In this document: positions 1 to 9,166 of the stretch, piece after piece
Layout: each line of letters starts with the position of its first letter
How positions within the stretch are numbered: position 1 is the first letter of the stretch
Source: Eubacterium sp. CAG:248
GTDB taxonomy: Bacteria; Bacillota; Clostridia; Lachnospirales; Lachnospiraceae
Reading direction: 5' to 3'
Assembly (NCBI GenBank): GCA_000436475.1
Contig: FR886218.1
Coordinates: 10,938 to 74,937 of the forward strand
Length of the DNA: 64,000 nt
The notes under the pieces: generated by a model
Told to the model about the DNA's origin: nothing
What the model saw: only the letters and a program-made list of their open reading frames with translations
Database searches by the model: none
Position numbers and translations under genes: made by a program

Positions 1-864
1 ATTGTCACATTTATAATACAGCCACCTTCAACAAGTATTATTTTTGTATTCTTTTCACTTTATTTTTATTATCTTATAGGTACAGTGCTTGAGAATATAT
101 GGGGGTCATTCAAGTTTAATGTATATTTCTTTTCAGGAGTATTGTTAAATATTGTTGCAGCCCTTATAATATATCTTATATTTGGTATCAGCTTTAATAT
201 GAGTACACATTACATCAATCTTGCTTTGTTTATGGCTTTTGCCATGGAACAGCCGGATATGGAGGTGCTGCTTTTCTTTATTATCCCTATAAAGATAAAG
301 TGGATGGCACTGCTTGATGGGATTGTATTTGCGATAACTATAGTATGTGGCTTTGCGGTGCCTTCTATGGCAGCAGCTGGTTCTAGTGCAGGCTATGCAA
401 TGTGGCAGGGACTATATAATGCAGGTTTGTTATCAGGAAGCGGTATGGGATGTTATGCAAATGCAATTGCAGCACTTGTTTCAATGCTTAACTTTATAAT
501 ATTTATGATTGTGTCAAGAAAAATTCCTTATAAATCTTCAACACAAAAGAATTTTAACAAGGCTATGTATACAGCGAAGAAAGCAGAAAAGAACAGAACA
601 GATGCTAAGAGAAGATCATTTAATGAAAAGCTGTATAACGCTAATAGCGAGAAGACAACATGGGATAGTGCTAATAAACCATATAAGCCTGTAAGAAGCG
701 GACAGCCTAAGCATAGATGTGCTGTGTGTGGAAGAACTGAACTTGATGACGAAAGCCTGGTATTCAGATTCTGCTCTAAGTGTGCAGGAAACTATGAGTA
801 TTGTAATGAACATTTGTATACACATATTCATATTACAGCTAATGACAATAAGAATATGCGATAG
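1..864 (+). CDS. Polytopic membrane protein with a C-terminal CxxC...CxxC zinc ribbon; 5'-partial, because the frame is open back to position 1 (ORF track starts it at GTG 85).
   Basis: Translation upstream of 85 (IVTFIIQPPSTSIIFVFFSLYFYYLIG...) has no stop and stays hydrophobic. The C-terminus CAVCGRTELDD...FCSKCAGNYEYCNEH is a zinc-ribbon motif. Confidence 0.5.
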   Translation: MVTFIIQPPSTSIIFVFFSLYFYYLIGTVLENIWGSFKFNVYFFSGVLLNIVAALIIYLIFGISFNMSTHYINLALFMAFAMEQPDMEVLLFFIIPIKIKWMALLDGIVFAITIVCGFAVPSMAAAGSSAGYAMWQGLYNAGLLSGSGMGCYANAIAALVSMLNFIIFMIVSRKIPYKSSTQKNFNKAMYTAKKAEKNRTDAKRRSFNEKLYNANSEKTTWDSANKPYKPVRSGQPKHRCAVCGRTELDDESLVFRFCSKCAGNYEYCNEHLYTHIHITANDNKNMR

Positions 865-894
865 TTAAATTATTTATAAATATTGTTATGGCTA

Positions 895-923
895 TTGCTA
901 TTTTTGGTGTTATTAAGTATAAT
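895..923 (+). promoter_or_regulatory. Sigma-A-type promoter for pyk: TTGCTA, 17-nt spacer, TATAAT.
   Basis: Hexamers read directly at 895-900 and 918-923, about 55 nt upstream of the pyk ATG. Confidence 0.45.
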
Positions 924-977
924 CATTTGGATTGTTTTGTTTTTTATTAATTATTTTTATTTACTTTGGAGGTTAGA

Positions 978-2408
978 ATGAAGAAGACTAAGATTATATG
1001 TACTATGGGTCCTAACACTAATGACAGAGAGCTTATTAAGCAGCTTGCATTAAACGGTATGGATATTGCAAGATTCAACTTTTCTCATGGAGATCATGAA
1101 GAACAGGCTGGACGTTTTGCATTAGTTAAGAGTGTAAGGGAAGAGATTAACAAGCCTATAGCTACACTTCTTGATACAAAGGGACCAGAAATCAGAACTG
1201 GCGTACTTAAGGATGATAAAAAGGTTACTCTTAAGGAAGGACAGAAGTTTACTCTTACAACAAGAGAGGTTGTAGGTGATGAAAATATTGACATGATTAC
1301 ATATGCAGGACTTCCAGCAGATGTAGAGAATGGTAATACTATTCTTATTGATGATGGTCTTATTGAACTTAGAGTAGAAGAGGTTGTTGATGGTACAGAT
1401 ATTATATGTACTGTAATTAATGGTGGTGAGCTTGGTTCTAAGAAGGGCGTTAATGTTCCTAACGTAAGCATTAAGCTTCCAGGTATCACAGACAAAGATA
1501 AGGATGATATTATATTTGGTGTAGAGCAGGGATTTGATTTTATCGCAGCTTCATTTGTAAGAAATGCAGCTTGTATACAGGAGATTAAGCAGCTTTTATG
1601 GGAGCATGGTTCAGATATTCCTGTTATCGCTAAGATTGAGAATGCTGAAGGTATTGAGAATCTTGATGAGATAATTAAGGTTGCTGATGGTATCATGGTC
1701 GCAAGAGGTGACATGGGTGTTGAGATTCCAGCAGAAGATGTTCCACACTACCAGAAGGAAATCATCAAGAAGTGTAACGCAACATACAAGCCAGTTATAA
1801 CAGCTACACAGATGCTTGATTCTATGATTAGAAATCCACGTCCTACAAGAGCTGAGGTTACTGATGTTGCTAATGCTATATATGACGGTACAGACGTAGT
1901 TATGCTTTCAGGAGAAACTGCTAATGGTAAGTATCCACTTGAAGCCTTAAAGATGATGGCTAAGATTGCAGAAAGAACAGAAAAGGATATCAAGGGCAGA
2001 GCTTCTGATATATCTAAGGTTCATAGCAAGAGAAGCATATCAAGTGCAGTATGTAACGCTACTGTCCAGACAGCAGAGAACCTTAACGCTAAGGCTATTG
2101 TATGCCCAACTATTTCTGGTTTTACAGCAAGACTTACATCTAAGCTTAAGCCAAATGCTGAGATTATCGGTTGTTCACCATATGATAACGTTCTTAGAAA
2201 AATGCAGATATATTGGGGAGTAAGACCTTTAAAGACTGCAACAGAGGTTTCTACTGATAAGATTATTGAGCATGCATTAGTAGTATCTGAGCAGGCTGGT
2301 TTTGTAGAAGAAGGCGATACAGTTATTGTGTCTGCTGGTATTGCTACATCATCAGATCCTTCTGCTAAGAGAGGACTTACTAATACTATGAGAGTTGTTA
2401 CTATCTAG
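978..2408 (+). CDS. pyk: Pyruvate kinase.
   Basis: MKKTKIICTMGP...FNFSHG..., pyruvate kinase barrel and C-terminal domain. GGAGG RBS 6 nt upstream of ATG 978; the ORF-track TTG at 966 lies inside the RBS. Confidence 0.93.
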   Translation: MKKTKIICTMGPNTNDRELIKQLALNGMDIARFNFSHGDHEEQAGRFALVKSVREEINKPIATLLDTKGPEIRTGVLKDDKKVTLKEGQKFTLTTREVVGDENIDMITYAGLPADVENGNTILIDDGLIELRVEEVVDGTDIICTVINGGELGSKKGVNVPNVSIKLPGITDKDKDDIIFGVEQGFDFIAASFVRNAACIQEIKQLLWEHGSDIPVIAKIENAEGIENLDEIIKVADGIMVARGDMGVEIPAEDVPHYQKEIIKKCNATYKPVITATQMLDSMIRNPRPTRAEVTDVANAIYDGTDVVMLSGETANGKYPLEALKMMAKIAERTEKDIKGRASDISKVHSKRSISSAVCNATVQTAENLNAKAIVCPTISGFTARLTSKLKPNAEIIGCSPYDNVLRKMQIYWGVRPLKTATEVSTDKIIEHALVVSEQAGFVEEGDTVIVSAGIATSSDPSAKRGLTNTMRVVTI

Positions 2409-2436
2409 TATATATGAATTATTATAGTTAATATAG

Positions 2437-2485
2437 ATGCCAGGGTTGAATCATCGTTATTTAGCTCTGGCATTAATTTGTTTAT
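2437..2485 (+). terminator. Weak intrinsic terminator after pyk: 7-bp stem atgccag/ctggcat, large loop, then T-rich.
   Basis: Inverted repeat 2437-2443 / 2467-2473 followed by taatttgttt. Confidence 0.3.
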
Positions 2486-2551
2486 GTTTATAGGTGTGTA
2501 AAGCATAGGTTTGTAAGTGGGTACGTGGTTGTACATATAGGGAGTAAGGAT

Positions 2552-3061
2552 ATGGATATAAAGAAGATACTGATATGGATTCCTGCTATTATCATGGCAA
2601 TGCTTATATTCGGCTTTTCAAAGCAGGATGGTGAAGAATCTACGGGACTTAGTTATAAGGCAGCAGATATAATACTTACAGTATGTGATAAGGCTGGGAT
2701 AGTTGATTATAATGATAACAACAGGGATAGCATGATAGAGTCTGTACAGTTTCCAATAAGGAAAGCAGCTCACATGACAGAGTATGCTGTACTTTCAGTT
2801 CTTATCATGCTTGCACTTATAGTTGACGGCTTAAAAGGTACCAGACTTCCAGTGATATCAGCGATTATAGCAACAGTATTTGCAGCTACAGATGAGTTTC
2901 ATCAAAGGTTTGTGCCAGGGAGATATGGCTGCTTAAGGGATGTGCTTATAGATGCTGCAGGGAGTATAATCGGACTTATGATAGCATATATTATATATAA
3001 AAACATATGTAAACATAAAGAAAATAAATATATACAATCAAATATATCTGAAAATATGTGA
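2552..3061 (+). CDS. VanZ-family membrane protein.
   Basis: Four hydrophobic segments and VanZ-like motifs (FSKQDG...HMTEYAVLS...DEFHQ.FVPGR). ATG 2552 has an AAGGA RBS; the ORF track starts at GTG 2525. Confidence 0.6.
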   Translation: MDIKKILIWIPAIIMAMLIFGFSKQDGEESTGLSYKAADIILTVCDKAGIVDYNDNNRDSMIESVQFPIRKAAHMTEYAVLSVLIMLALIVDGLKGTRLPVISAIIATVFAATDEFHQRFVPGRYGCLRDVLIDAAGSIIGLMIAYIIYKNICKHKENKYIQSNISENM

Positions 3062-3090
3062 GTAATATATGTGAGTTGTAAAATTAATAC

Positions 3091-3119
3091 TTGCAAAATT
3101 ACTAAGTATATGGTATAAG
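3091..3119 (+). promoter_or_regulatory. Promoter of the tyrS T-box leader: TTGCAA, 17-nt spacer, extended -10 TGgTATAAG.
   Basis: Hexamers at 3091-3096 and 3114-3119, with TG at 3111-3112. Confidence 0.5.
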
Positions 3120-3125
3120 CTTTAA

Positions 3126-3420
3126 TAAGCACATAATTATATATAATGCATTGATGGAAACAAGTAGGTATAACATTAAGCAACAGAAAACAGCCGGTTG
3201 ATGAGAGGCGTGGTGGATGGTTATTCTGAATACATTCTGGAGCAGCAAACTGAAAAGCATGTAAGGTTTAGTAGGGGCGACGTAGTGATACACGTTATAG
3301 TATTAGGATCATCAGACCCATTAAGGTAGGCAGCGTGAGTTGTTTATGAATAAAGGTGGTAACACGGAGCATAGGCTTTCGTCCTTTAACACGGATGAAA
3401 GATATGCTCCTTTTTGTTGT
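3126..3420 (+). promoter_or_regulatory. T-box riboswitch leader with a tyrosine specifier and an intrinsic terminator/antiterminator.
   Basis: T-box sequence aataaaGGTGGTAACacgg at 3348-3367, whose UGGU bulge matches a tRNA with discriminator A (tRNA-Tyr). Specifier-loop context GAA-UAC-A at 3228-3234. Terminator stem ggagcata...tatgctcc at 3366-3410 then TTTTTGTT. It lies immediately upstream of tyrS. Confidence 0.8.
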
Positions 3421-3500
3421 CTTAAAGCACTAATGGCTTGATGATTAATGGTAGTATCATAAATATCAAATAATAACATAATAAGAACAGGAGAAAAGAA

Positions 3501-4730
3501 ATGGCAGAAATGACAGTTTATGATGAATTAGTTGCAAGAGGACTTATTGCACAGGTGACAGATGAAGAGTTGATCAAGAATCTTATTAATAATGGAAAGG
3601 CTACATTCTACATTGGATTTGACCCAACAGCAGACAGCCTTCATGTAGGTCACTTCATGGCACTCTGTTTTATGAAGAGACTTCAGATGGCAGGTAATAA
3701 GCCAATAGCCTTAGTTGGTGGTGGAACAGGTATGATTGGTGACCCATCAGGTAAGACAGATATGAGAAAGATGCTTACTCCAGAACAGATTGAGCATAAC
3801 TGCGAGTGCTTTAAGAAGCAGATGAGCAAGTTTATTGACTTTTCAGATGACAAGGCATTGTTTGTAAACAATGCAGACTGGCTTTTAAAGCTTAACTATG
3901 TTGACCTTTTAAGAGAAGTAGGTGCATGCTTCTCAGTTAATAATATGTTAAGAGCAGAGTGCTATAAGCAGAGAATGGAAAGAGGTCTTACATTCCTTGA
4001 GTTTAACTATATGATCATGCAGAGCTATGATTTCTATATGTTATACCAGAAATATGGATGTAATCTTCAGTTTGGTGGAGATGACCAGTGGAGCAACATG
4101 CTCGGTGGTACAGAGCTTATAAGAAGAAAGCTTGGCAAGGATGCTTCTGCTATGACTATTACACTTCTTCTTAACTCAGAGGGTAAGAAGATGGGCAAGA
4201 CAGTAAGCGGTGCTGTATGGCTTGATCCAGCAAAGACTTCACCATATGAGTTCTATCAGTACTGGAGAAATGTAGCAGATGCAGATGTATTAAAGTGTAT
4301 CCGTATGCTTACATTCTTACCACTTGAGCAGATTGATGAGATGGATAAGTGGGAAGGTGCACAGCTTAATAAGGCTAAGGAAATACTTGCATATGAGCTT
4401 ACAAAGATGGTTCATGGTGAGGAAGAAGCTAAGAAGGCAGAAGAAACAGCTAAGGCTATATTTACATCAGGTGATGCTGCGAATATGGCAGTAGTTAAGC
4501 TTGAAGCAGATGCATTTACAGATGGCAGCATTGACATTGTATCCTTAATTCATGCAGCTGGTCTTGCAGCTACTAAGTCAGAGGCAAGAAGAGTTGTTGC
4601 ACAGGGTGGTGCTTCTGTTGCAGGTGAGAAAGTATCTGATATCGCTGCAAAGTTTGATAAGGAAGTTTTTGCCGGTGATGGTGTTGTTGTTAAGAAGGGT
4701 AAGAAGTCTTTCATAAAGGTACAAGCGTAA
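3501..4730 (+). CDS. tyrS: Tyrosine--tRNA ligase.
   Basis: HIGH-type motif (HVGH), KMGKT (KMSKS variant) and a C-terminal S4 domain. A T-box leader sits upstream. Confidence 0.93.
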   Translation: MAEMTVYDELVARGLIAQVTDEELIKNLINNGKATFYIGFDPTADSLHVGHFMALCFMKRLQMAGNKPIALVGGGTGMIGDPSGKTDMRKMLTPEQIEHNCECFKKQMSKFIDFSDDKALFVNNADWLLKLNYVDLLREVGACFSVNNMLRAECYKQRMERGLTFLEFNYMIMQSYDFYMLYQKYGCNLQFGGDDQWSNMLGGTELIRRKLGKDASAMTITLLLNSEGKKMGKTVSGAVWLDPAKTSPYEFYQYWRNVADADVLKCIRMLTFLPLEQIDEMDKWEGAQLNKAKEILAYELTKMVHGEEEAKKAEETAKAIFTSGDAANMAVVKLEADAFTDGSIDIVSLIHAAGLAATKSEARRVVAQGGASVAGEKVSDIAAKFDKEVFAGDGVVVKKGKKSFIKVQA

Positions 4731-4804
4731 GAATAGTATGTTATTTTTGGAGGCAGCCAGTGAAAACTTAGCTGCTTCCTGATATTAAAAGAACGAGGAT
4801 AGGC

Positions 4805-5998
4805 ATGAAAAAAAGTGAAATTACCTTTATAAGGCTTATGAGTCTTATTGGAATTATGGTTCTGAATCTTATACTTTTGCTGGTATTTGCAAGAGAACAT
4901 GTATTTCAGAATATCCTTAATAAAATGAATAGTAATGTATATGCTGGACAATCACTTGATACATCAATATATAATTATTATTACTACGCAGGACTTGGGA
5001 ATATATATAAAATAATATTCCCAGTCACAATTCTTTTGTTGGCAGCTGCATCTGTAGCTGTGTATAAAAAAGTAAGTATGGCAGGAAGGATTGCAGTAGC
5101 GGCTAATATATGTTCACTTATAACCGGCATATATCTTTTGATTGCAAAGATAGGTGAAGGCTCAGATAAAATCATCAGATTTGTGAACAGCTTTTACATG
5201 GATAAGTCAGAGATTGGCCAGATAGAAAAGATATATCTTATGAGCAGAATACCTATAGCATATATTCTGATTATTATTCTTTCTTTGCTTGGGCTTGCAA
5301 TGGTAAAGAGCAGTACAATTAATCATATTAAGATATATAATGAAAAAAATATGACTAACAATGCGGTTATATATATATTTCCTGCACTTAGCGGGTTTAT
5401 TGTCCTTGAGATTATAAGAAATCTTGTAATATCAAGGCTTGTGACTGCATCAATGGATGAAAATTTAAGAACAGTGGCAGCGTATATTAATGATTATTAT
5501 ATAGGAAGCAAATTCTTCTTTTCCTGGTCATGGCTTATATTGTTTACTATAGTTACATGTGTTGCGATTTTGCTAAAGTCTATAAATACATTAAGCATGA
5601 AAAGCAGGATGATGATTGAAATAGCGGTGCCATCAGTTATAGTTATAATAGCTTCATTCATATACTGGATGAATCCACCGGCGTTGTTTGGATATCTTAC
5701 GATTGATAATACAATATGTGATATGACAGAGGCAGCATTTACGTGGTACCTGATAAGGTATGTTGTTTCAGTGATTTTTGTATTTGTACTTATCGTTCTT
5801 ACTGTTAATGACAGACTTGATATAAGAGTGGCAGGTATAGTTATCCTTATGTCATGTGCAGCTGGAATAATAATGATTACTCTGTTTTATAAGATAAAAG
5901 GAACATTTTCTATTATGTATGCTGCGTGTGTCGTGGCAGATATTGTAAGTGTCATAGTATTGGCTGTAATGTCCAGGGTTAAAGGGCATAAGCTATAG
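4805..5998 (+). CDS. Hypothetical polytopic membrane protein, about 9-10 transmembrane segments, no recognisable family.
   Basis: Strongly hydrophobic 397-aa ORF with a GAGGA RBS. It is its own unit between the tyrS terminator-like hairpin and a convergent terminator. Confidence 0.55.
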   Translation: MKKSEITFIRLMSLIGIMVLNLILLLVFAREHVFQNILNKMNSNVYAGQSLDTSIYNYYYYAGLGNIYKIIFPVTILLLAAASVAVYKKVSMAGRIAVAANICSLITGIYLLIAKIGEGSDKIIRFVNSFYMDKSEIGQIEKIYLMSRIPIAYILIIILSLLGLAMVKSSTINHIKIYNEKNMTNNAVIYIFPALSGFIVLEIIRNLVISRLVTASMDENLRTVAAYINDYYIGSKFFFSWSWLILFTIVTCVAILLKSINTLSMKSRMMIEIAVPSVIVIIASFIYWMNPPALFGYLTIDNTICDMTEAAFTWYLIRYVVSVIFVFVLIVLTVNDRLDIRVAGIVILMSCAAGIIMITLFYKIKGTFSIMYAACVVADIVSVIVLAVMSRVKGHKL

Positions 5999-6006
5999 GA
6001 TGACTA

Positions 6007-6072
6007 AATCAGGAGTTAAGTATAATACGTAAAATGTTATTGCGTATTATACTTAACTCCTGATTTTTGATG
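6007..6072. terminator. Intrinsic terminator with a perfect 23-bp stem (13-nt loop) followed by TTTTTGATG, between convergent genes.
   Basis: Arm 6007-6029 aatcaggagttaagtataatacg is the exact reverse complement of arm 6043-6065. Confidence 0.7.
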
Positions 6073-6089
6073 TTTAGCGTGTCCCAAGT

Positions 6090-6126
6090 AAAAAAGTCTT
6101 TTTCTGCAAGCAGAAACGACTTTTTA
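6090..6126. terminator. Bidirectional intrinsic terminator: A5, an imperfect GC-containing hairpin, then T5. It serves rqcH on the minus strand.
   Basis: aaaaagtctttttctgcaagcagaaacgacttttt. Confidence 0.55.
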
Positions 6127-6166
6127 TACTTTTGACACTTACATCATATTATATTAAGATGCTGTA

Positions 6167-7903
6167 TTAGCCAGATATAAGTCTGATACCTGATATATCT
6201 GCAATGGCTATAAGTGAATAGTTCGTATAGTAAACAACAAAGCCTGGTTTAGCGCCGGCAGGTTTTTTAACCTCTTTTTTTAATACATAGTCAACCTCTA
6301 CCTTTTCAAGGTCACGTCCCTTTGAATAGTATGCAGCAAGGGCAGCAGCTTCTTCAAAGGTCTTATCTGGCAATTCTTTTCCTTCTGTTTTGACTATAAC
6401 ATGGGAACCTGGCATCTGCTTTGCATGAAACCACCAGTCACCACCAGTGGCGAATTTGAAGGTGAGTTCATCATTCTGGATATTATTTTTTCCAACATAT
6501 ATGTCAAAGCCATCAGATGATACATAATGCATAGGTTTGTTGTGTGTATTTCCTTTGCTTTTTGACTTTCCACTTCTTTTGATATAACCAGTTACTGCAA
6601 GTTCATCCTTGATGTTATTAAGGTCATTTTCAGTTGTTGCTATGTCTATAGCATTTATGATTGATTCAAGATACATGATTTCATCTTTAATCTCAGCAAT
6701 AAGTCGTGTTCCGGCTTCGTAAGTCCTTTTCAGCTTATTATATTTTGCAAAGTACTTATTAGCGTTTTCAATAGGTGCCAGTGTTTCATCAAGAGGAATG
6801 GTTATTTCTTCATTGGTGTAGTAGTTAAGTGCATTAAACTGTTTTGCACCAGGTGTTATGCCATATCCGTAGGTGTTTATAAGTTCGCCATATATGCGGA
6901 ATTTATCACGTTTTTCAGTATCTTTGAGCTGTTTTTCCTGTATGTCAAGTTTTTTGTAAGAGCGCTCAAGATGAGTAGTAACTATACGTCTTATATCTGT
7001 TGATTTCTGATGTATACGTGTGCGGACATCCTTTTCATGATAATATGCAATAAGACATTTGCTTATTGAATCAAAAGGAGTGTTTTTATCATACATAGTA
7101 AGTCTGACAGCCGCGAAATCAGCAGGATTTCCGTTGTCGTATACAATGTTAGGTGCATAATGGCCTTCTTTAACATCATTCATAATATTATCAAATGCAT
7201 TGTAAATACGTTTGCTTTCATCAATATCAAGACAATTTGCAGGTTTACTGCTGTCTATATGAGCCCGGAAGCATATTTCTTCCGCAATACATGTGCTTAT
7301 ACCTGTATATGTCTGACATAATGCTTTTGAAAGAGGTTTAGGACAGATGAGTACAGATGTACTAAAACGTTCGTAATCGGTATCCATAGGATTATGCTTG
7401 CCAGCAGTATTTGGTATGAAATAAGTCCTTCCAGGAAGTACTTCACGAACAGAACTCATCTGTGCAGATACATGCTTGATACTGTCAAGAATATTGTTTT
7501 TATCATCACATAATATGATGTTACTGTGCTTGCCCATGAATTCTGTGATGAGATGACGTCTGCAAAGGTCGCCTAATTCATCAAGATGTTCAATCTCAAT
7601 GTCTATTATTCTTTCAAAAGAGGGCTGTGTTATGGAGATTATTCTTCCGTTATTTATATGCTTTCTTAGAAGCATAACAAAATTCGGTGCAGTTGCAGGA
7701 CTAGGCTTGTTGTCATCTGTTATATATGCAAGCGGCAGTGATGCATTTGAAGATAAAACCACCCTGAACTGTCCTGAGCCTGTCTTTATTGTAAGAAGAA
7801 GTTCATCACTTTCAGGCTGTGCTATTTTGTAAAGTCTGCCTCCGAGTATTGTGTTGTTTAAGTCATGTACTATATTGGATATAGTGATTCCGTCAAATGC
7901 CAT
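6167..7903 (-). CDS. rqcH: Ribosome quality control protein RqcH (NFACT / FbpA family, DUF814).
   Basis: Size and N-terminal MAFDGITI... match the family. The C-terminal NFACT-R motif (GGDWWFHAKQMPGSHVIV) is present. Confidence 0.8.
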   Translation of the reverse strand: MAFDGITISNIVHDLNNTILGGRLYKIAQPESDELLLTIKTGSGQFRVVLSSNASLPLAYITDDNKPSPATAPNFVMLLRKHINNGRIISITQPSFERIIDIEIEHLDELGDLCRRHLITEFMGKHSNIILCDDKNNILDSIKHVSAQMSSVREVLPGRTYFIPNTAGKHNPMDTDYERFSTSVLICPKPLSKALCQTYTGISTCIAEEICFRAHIDSSKPANCLDIDESKRIYNAFDNIMNDVKEGHYAPNIVYDNGNPADFAAVRLTMYDKNTPFDSISKCLIAYYHEKDVRTRIHQKSTDIRRIVTTHLERSYKKLDIQEKQLKDTEKRDKFRIYGELINTYGYGITPGAKQFNALNYYTNEEITIPLDETLAPIENANKYFAKYNKLKRTYEAGTRLIAEIKDEIMYLESIINAIDIATTENDLNNIKDELAVTGYIKRSGKSKSKGNTHNKPMHYVSSDGFDIYVGKNNIQNDELTFKFATGGDWWFHAKQMPGSHVIVKTEGKELPDKTFEEAAALAAYYSKGRDLEKVEVDYVLKKEVKKPAGAKPGFVVYYTNYSLIAIADISGIRLISG

Positions 7904-7947
7904 AATTGCTCCGTTTCTATGATTTATAAATCAGTATAATGATACCA

Positions 7948-8046
7948 GGGTCAAAAGGTATAAACCCACATGAGCTTGCTCATAGGTGGGTGAAAGACCT
8001 TTTGACCCGCCCCGATATGAGCATAAAAGTGGGATGATAATCCCAT
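7948..8046. other. Nested stem-loop element in the divergent rqcH/yicC intergenic region. A 12-bp perfect outer stem encloses an inner cccac-atgagc/gctcat-gtggg helix, followed by a second small hairpin.
   Basis: gggtcaaaaggt (7948-7959) pairs with accttttgaccc (7997-8008). Inner pairs atgagc/gctcat at 7970-7983 and cccac/gtggg at 7965-7990. Small hairpin gtggga-tgataa-tcccat at 8029-8046. Confidence 0.4.
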
Positions 8047-8228
8047 GATATGCGAATATTGGGGAGAAGTGTCAATATATATAAGTTGTTTATTTGTTTT
8101 ACTGCTGTTGCTTATAATACCATGTTTATAGGCAGCTGTCGAGTTTGATATATAAGCATACAACAGATCCGGTTGTTTTTATGATGACTGAAAAATGATG
8201 GGAAATGTAAAATACATGATAAGGTTAC

Positions 8229-8257
8229 TTGTTTAGAATATGTAAAATTGGTATAAT
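8229..8257 (+). promoter_or_regulatory. Promoter for yicC: TTGTTT, 17-nt spacer, extended -10 TGgTATAAT.
   Basis: Hexamers at 8229-8234 and 8252-8257. Confidence 0.45.
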
Positions 8258-8287
8258 AAGCTATAAAACATAAGTGAGGGAATCATA

Positions 8288-9166
8288 ATGATAAAAAGCA
8301 TGACTGGTTTTGGCAGAAGTGAGATTGCCAGTGGTAACCGTAAAATAATGGTTGAGATGAAGTCTGTGAATCACAGATTTTTAGAAGCAAGTATAAAGAT
8401 GCCTAAGAAGCTGAATGTGTTTGAGGCAAGAATAAGGGATGTTATAAAAAAATATGCTTCGAGAGGTAAGATTGATGTATTTATAACTTATGAAGACAGT
8501 TCAGAAAACAATGTCAATATTAAGTATAATGCAGCAGTTGCTAAAGAATATATGGATATATTCAGGCAGATGGAGGAAGAGTTTGCTATCAGGAATGATA
8601 TCACAGTGGGAGCACTCTCAAGATATCCAGAGGTTATAACTATGGAGGAAGCCAAAGAAGATGAAGAAGAACTCTGGAATTTCATACAGGATGCGGTTAA
8701 AGAAGCCTGTGAGGGATTTGTTAAAACAAGAATAACAGAGGGTGAGAATTTAAAGAATGATCTTTTACATAAGCTTGATCACATGGAAGAGCTGGTTGGC
8801 TTTATAGAAGAAAGAAGTCCTCAGATAGTAAGTGAATACAGAAAGAAGCTTGAAACAAAGATGGCAGAGGTGCTGGCTGATACAAGTATAGATGAAAACA
8901 GGATCGCAGCTGAGGTTATATTGTATGCAGATAAGATATGCGTTGACGAGGAAACAGTAAGATTAAGAAGTCATATTGCACATGCAAGACAATGCCTGTC
9001 AGAGGATGGTGGAATAGGACGAAAGTTAGACTTTATAGCACAGGAGATGAACAGGGAGGCTAATACAACACTGTCTAAGGCCAATGACATAGAGATATCT
9101 AATGCAGCTATTGATCTTAAAACAGAGATTGAAAAAGTCAGGGAACAGATACAGAATATTGAGTAG
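8288..9166 (+). CDS. YicC/YloC-family stress-induced protein.
   Basis: N-terminal MIKSMTGFGRSE and the conserved YicC C-terminal domain. Conserved position upstream of gmk-rpoZ. Confidence 0.8.
   Translation: MIKSMTGFGRSEIASGNRKIMVEMKSVNHRFLEASIKMPKKLNVFEARIRDVIKKYASRGKIDVFITYEDSSENNVNIKYNAAVAKEYMDIFRQMEEEFAIRNDITVGALSRYPEVITMEEAKEDEEELWNFIQDAVKEACEGFVKTRITEGENLKNDLLHKLDHMEELVGFIEERSPQIVSEYRKKLETKMAEVLADTSIDENRIAAEVILYADKICVDEETVRLRSHIAHARQCLSEDGGIGRKLDFIAQEMNREANTTLSKANDIEISNAAIDLKTEIEKVREQIQNIE

Noticed and set aside
1094-1714. 206-aa minus-strand ORF inside pyk.
   Set aside because: Ser/Ile/Pro-rich low-complexity translation that sits entirely antisense to a highly conserved gene. It is a compositional artefact of the AT-rich coding strand.
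3155-3200. First ttgatgg/agtagg segment as a separate riboswitch upstream of the T-box.
   Set aside because: It lies within the predicted T-box transcript and is most simply the 5' part of Stem I or its flank. There is no independent terminator or conserved aptamer signature.
7951-8163. 70-aa minus-strand ORF in the rqcH/yicC intergenic region.
   Set aside because: No Shine-Dalgarno sequence, and the composition is typical of AT-rich intergenic DNA. The region is better explained by the structured element and promoters.
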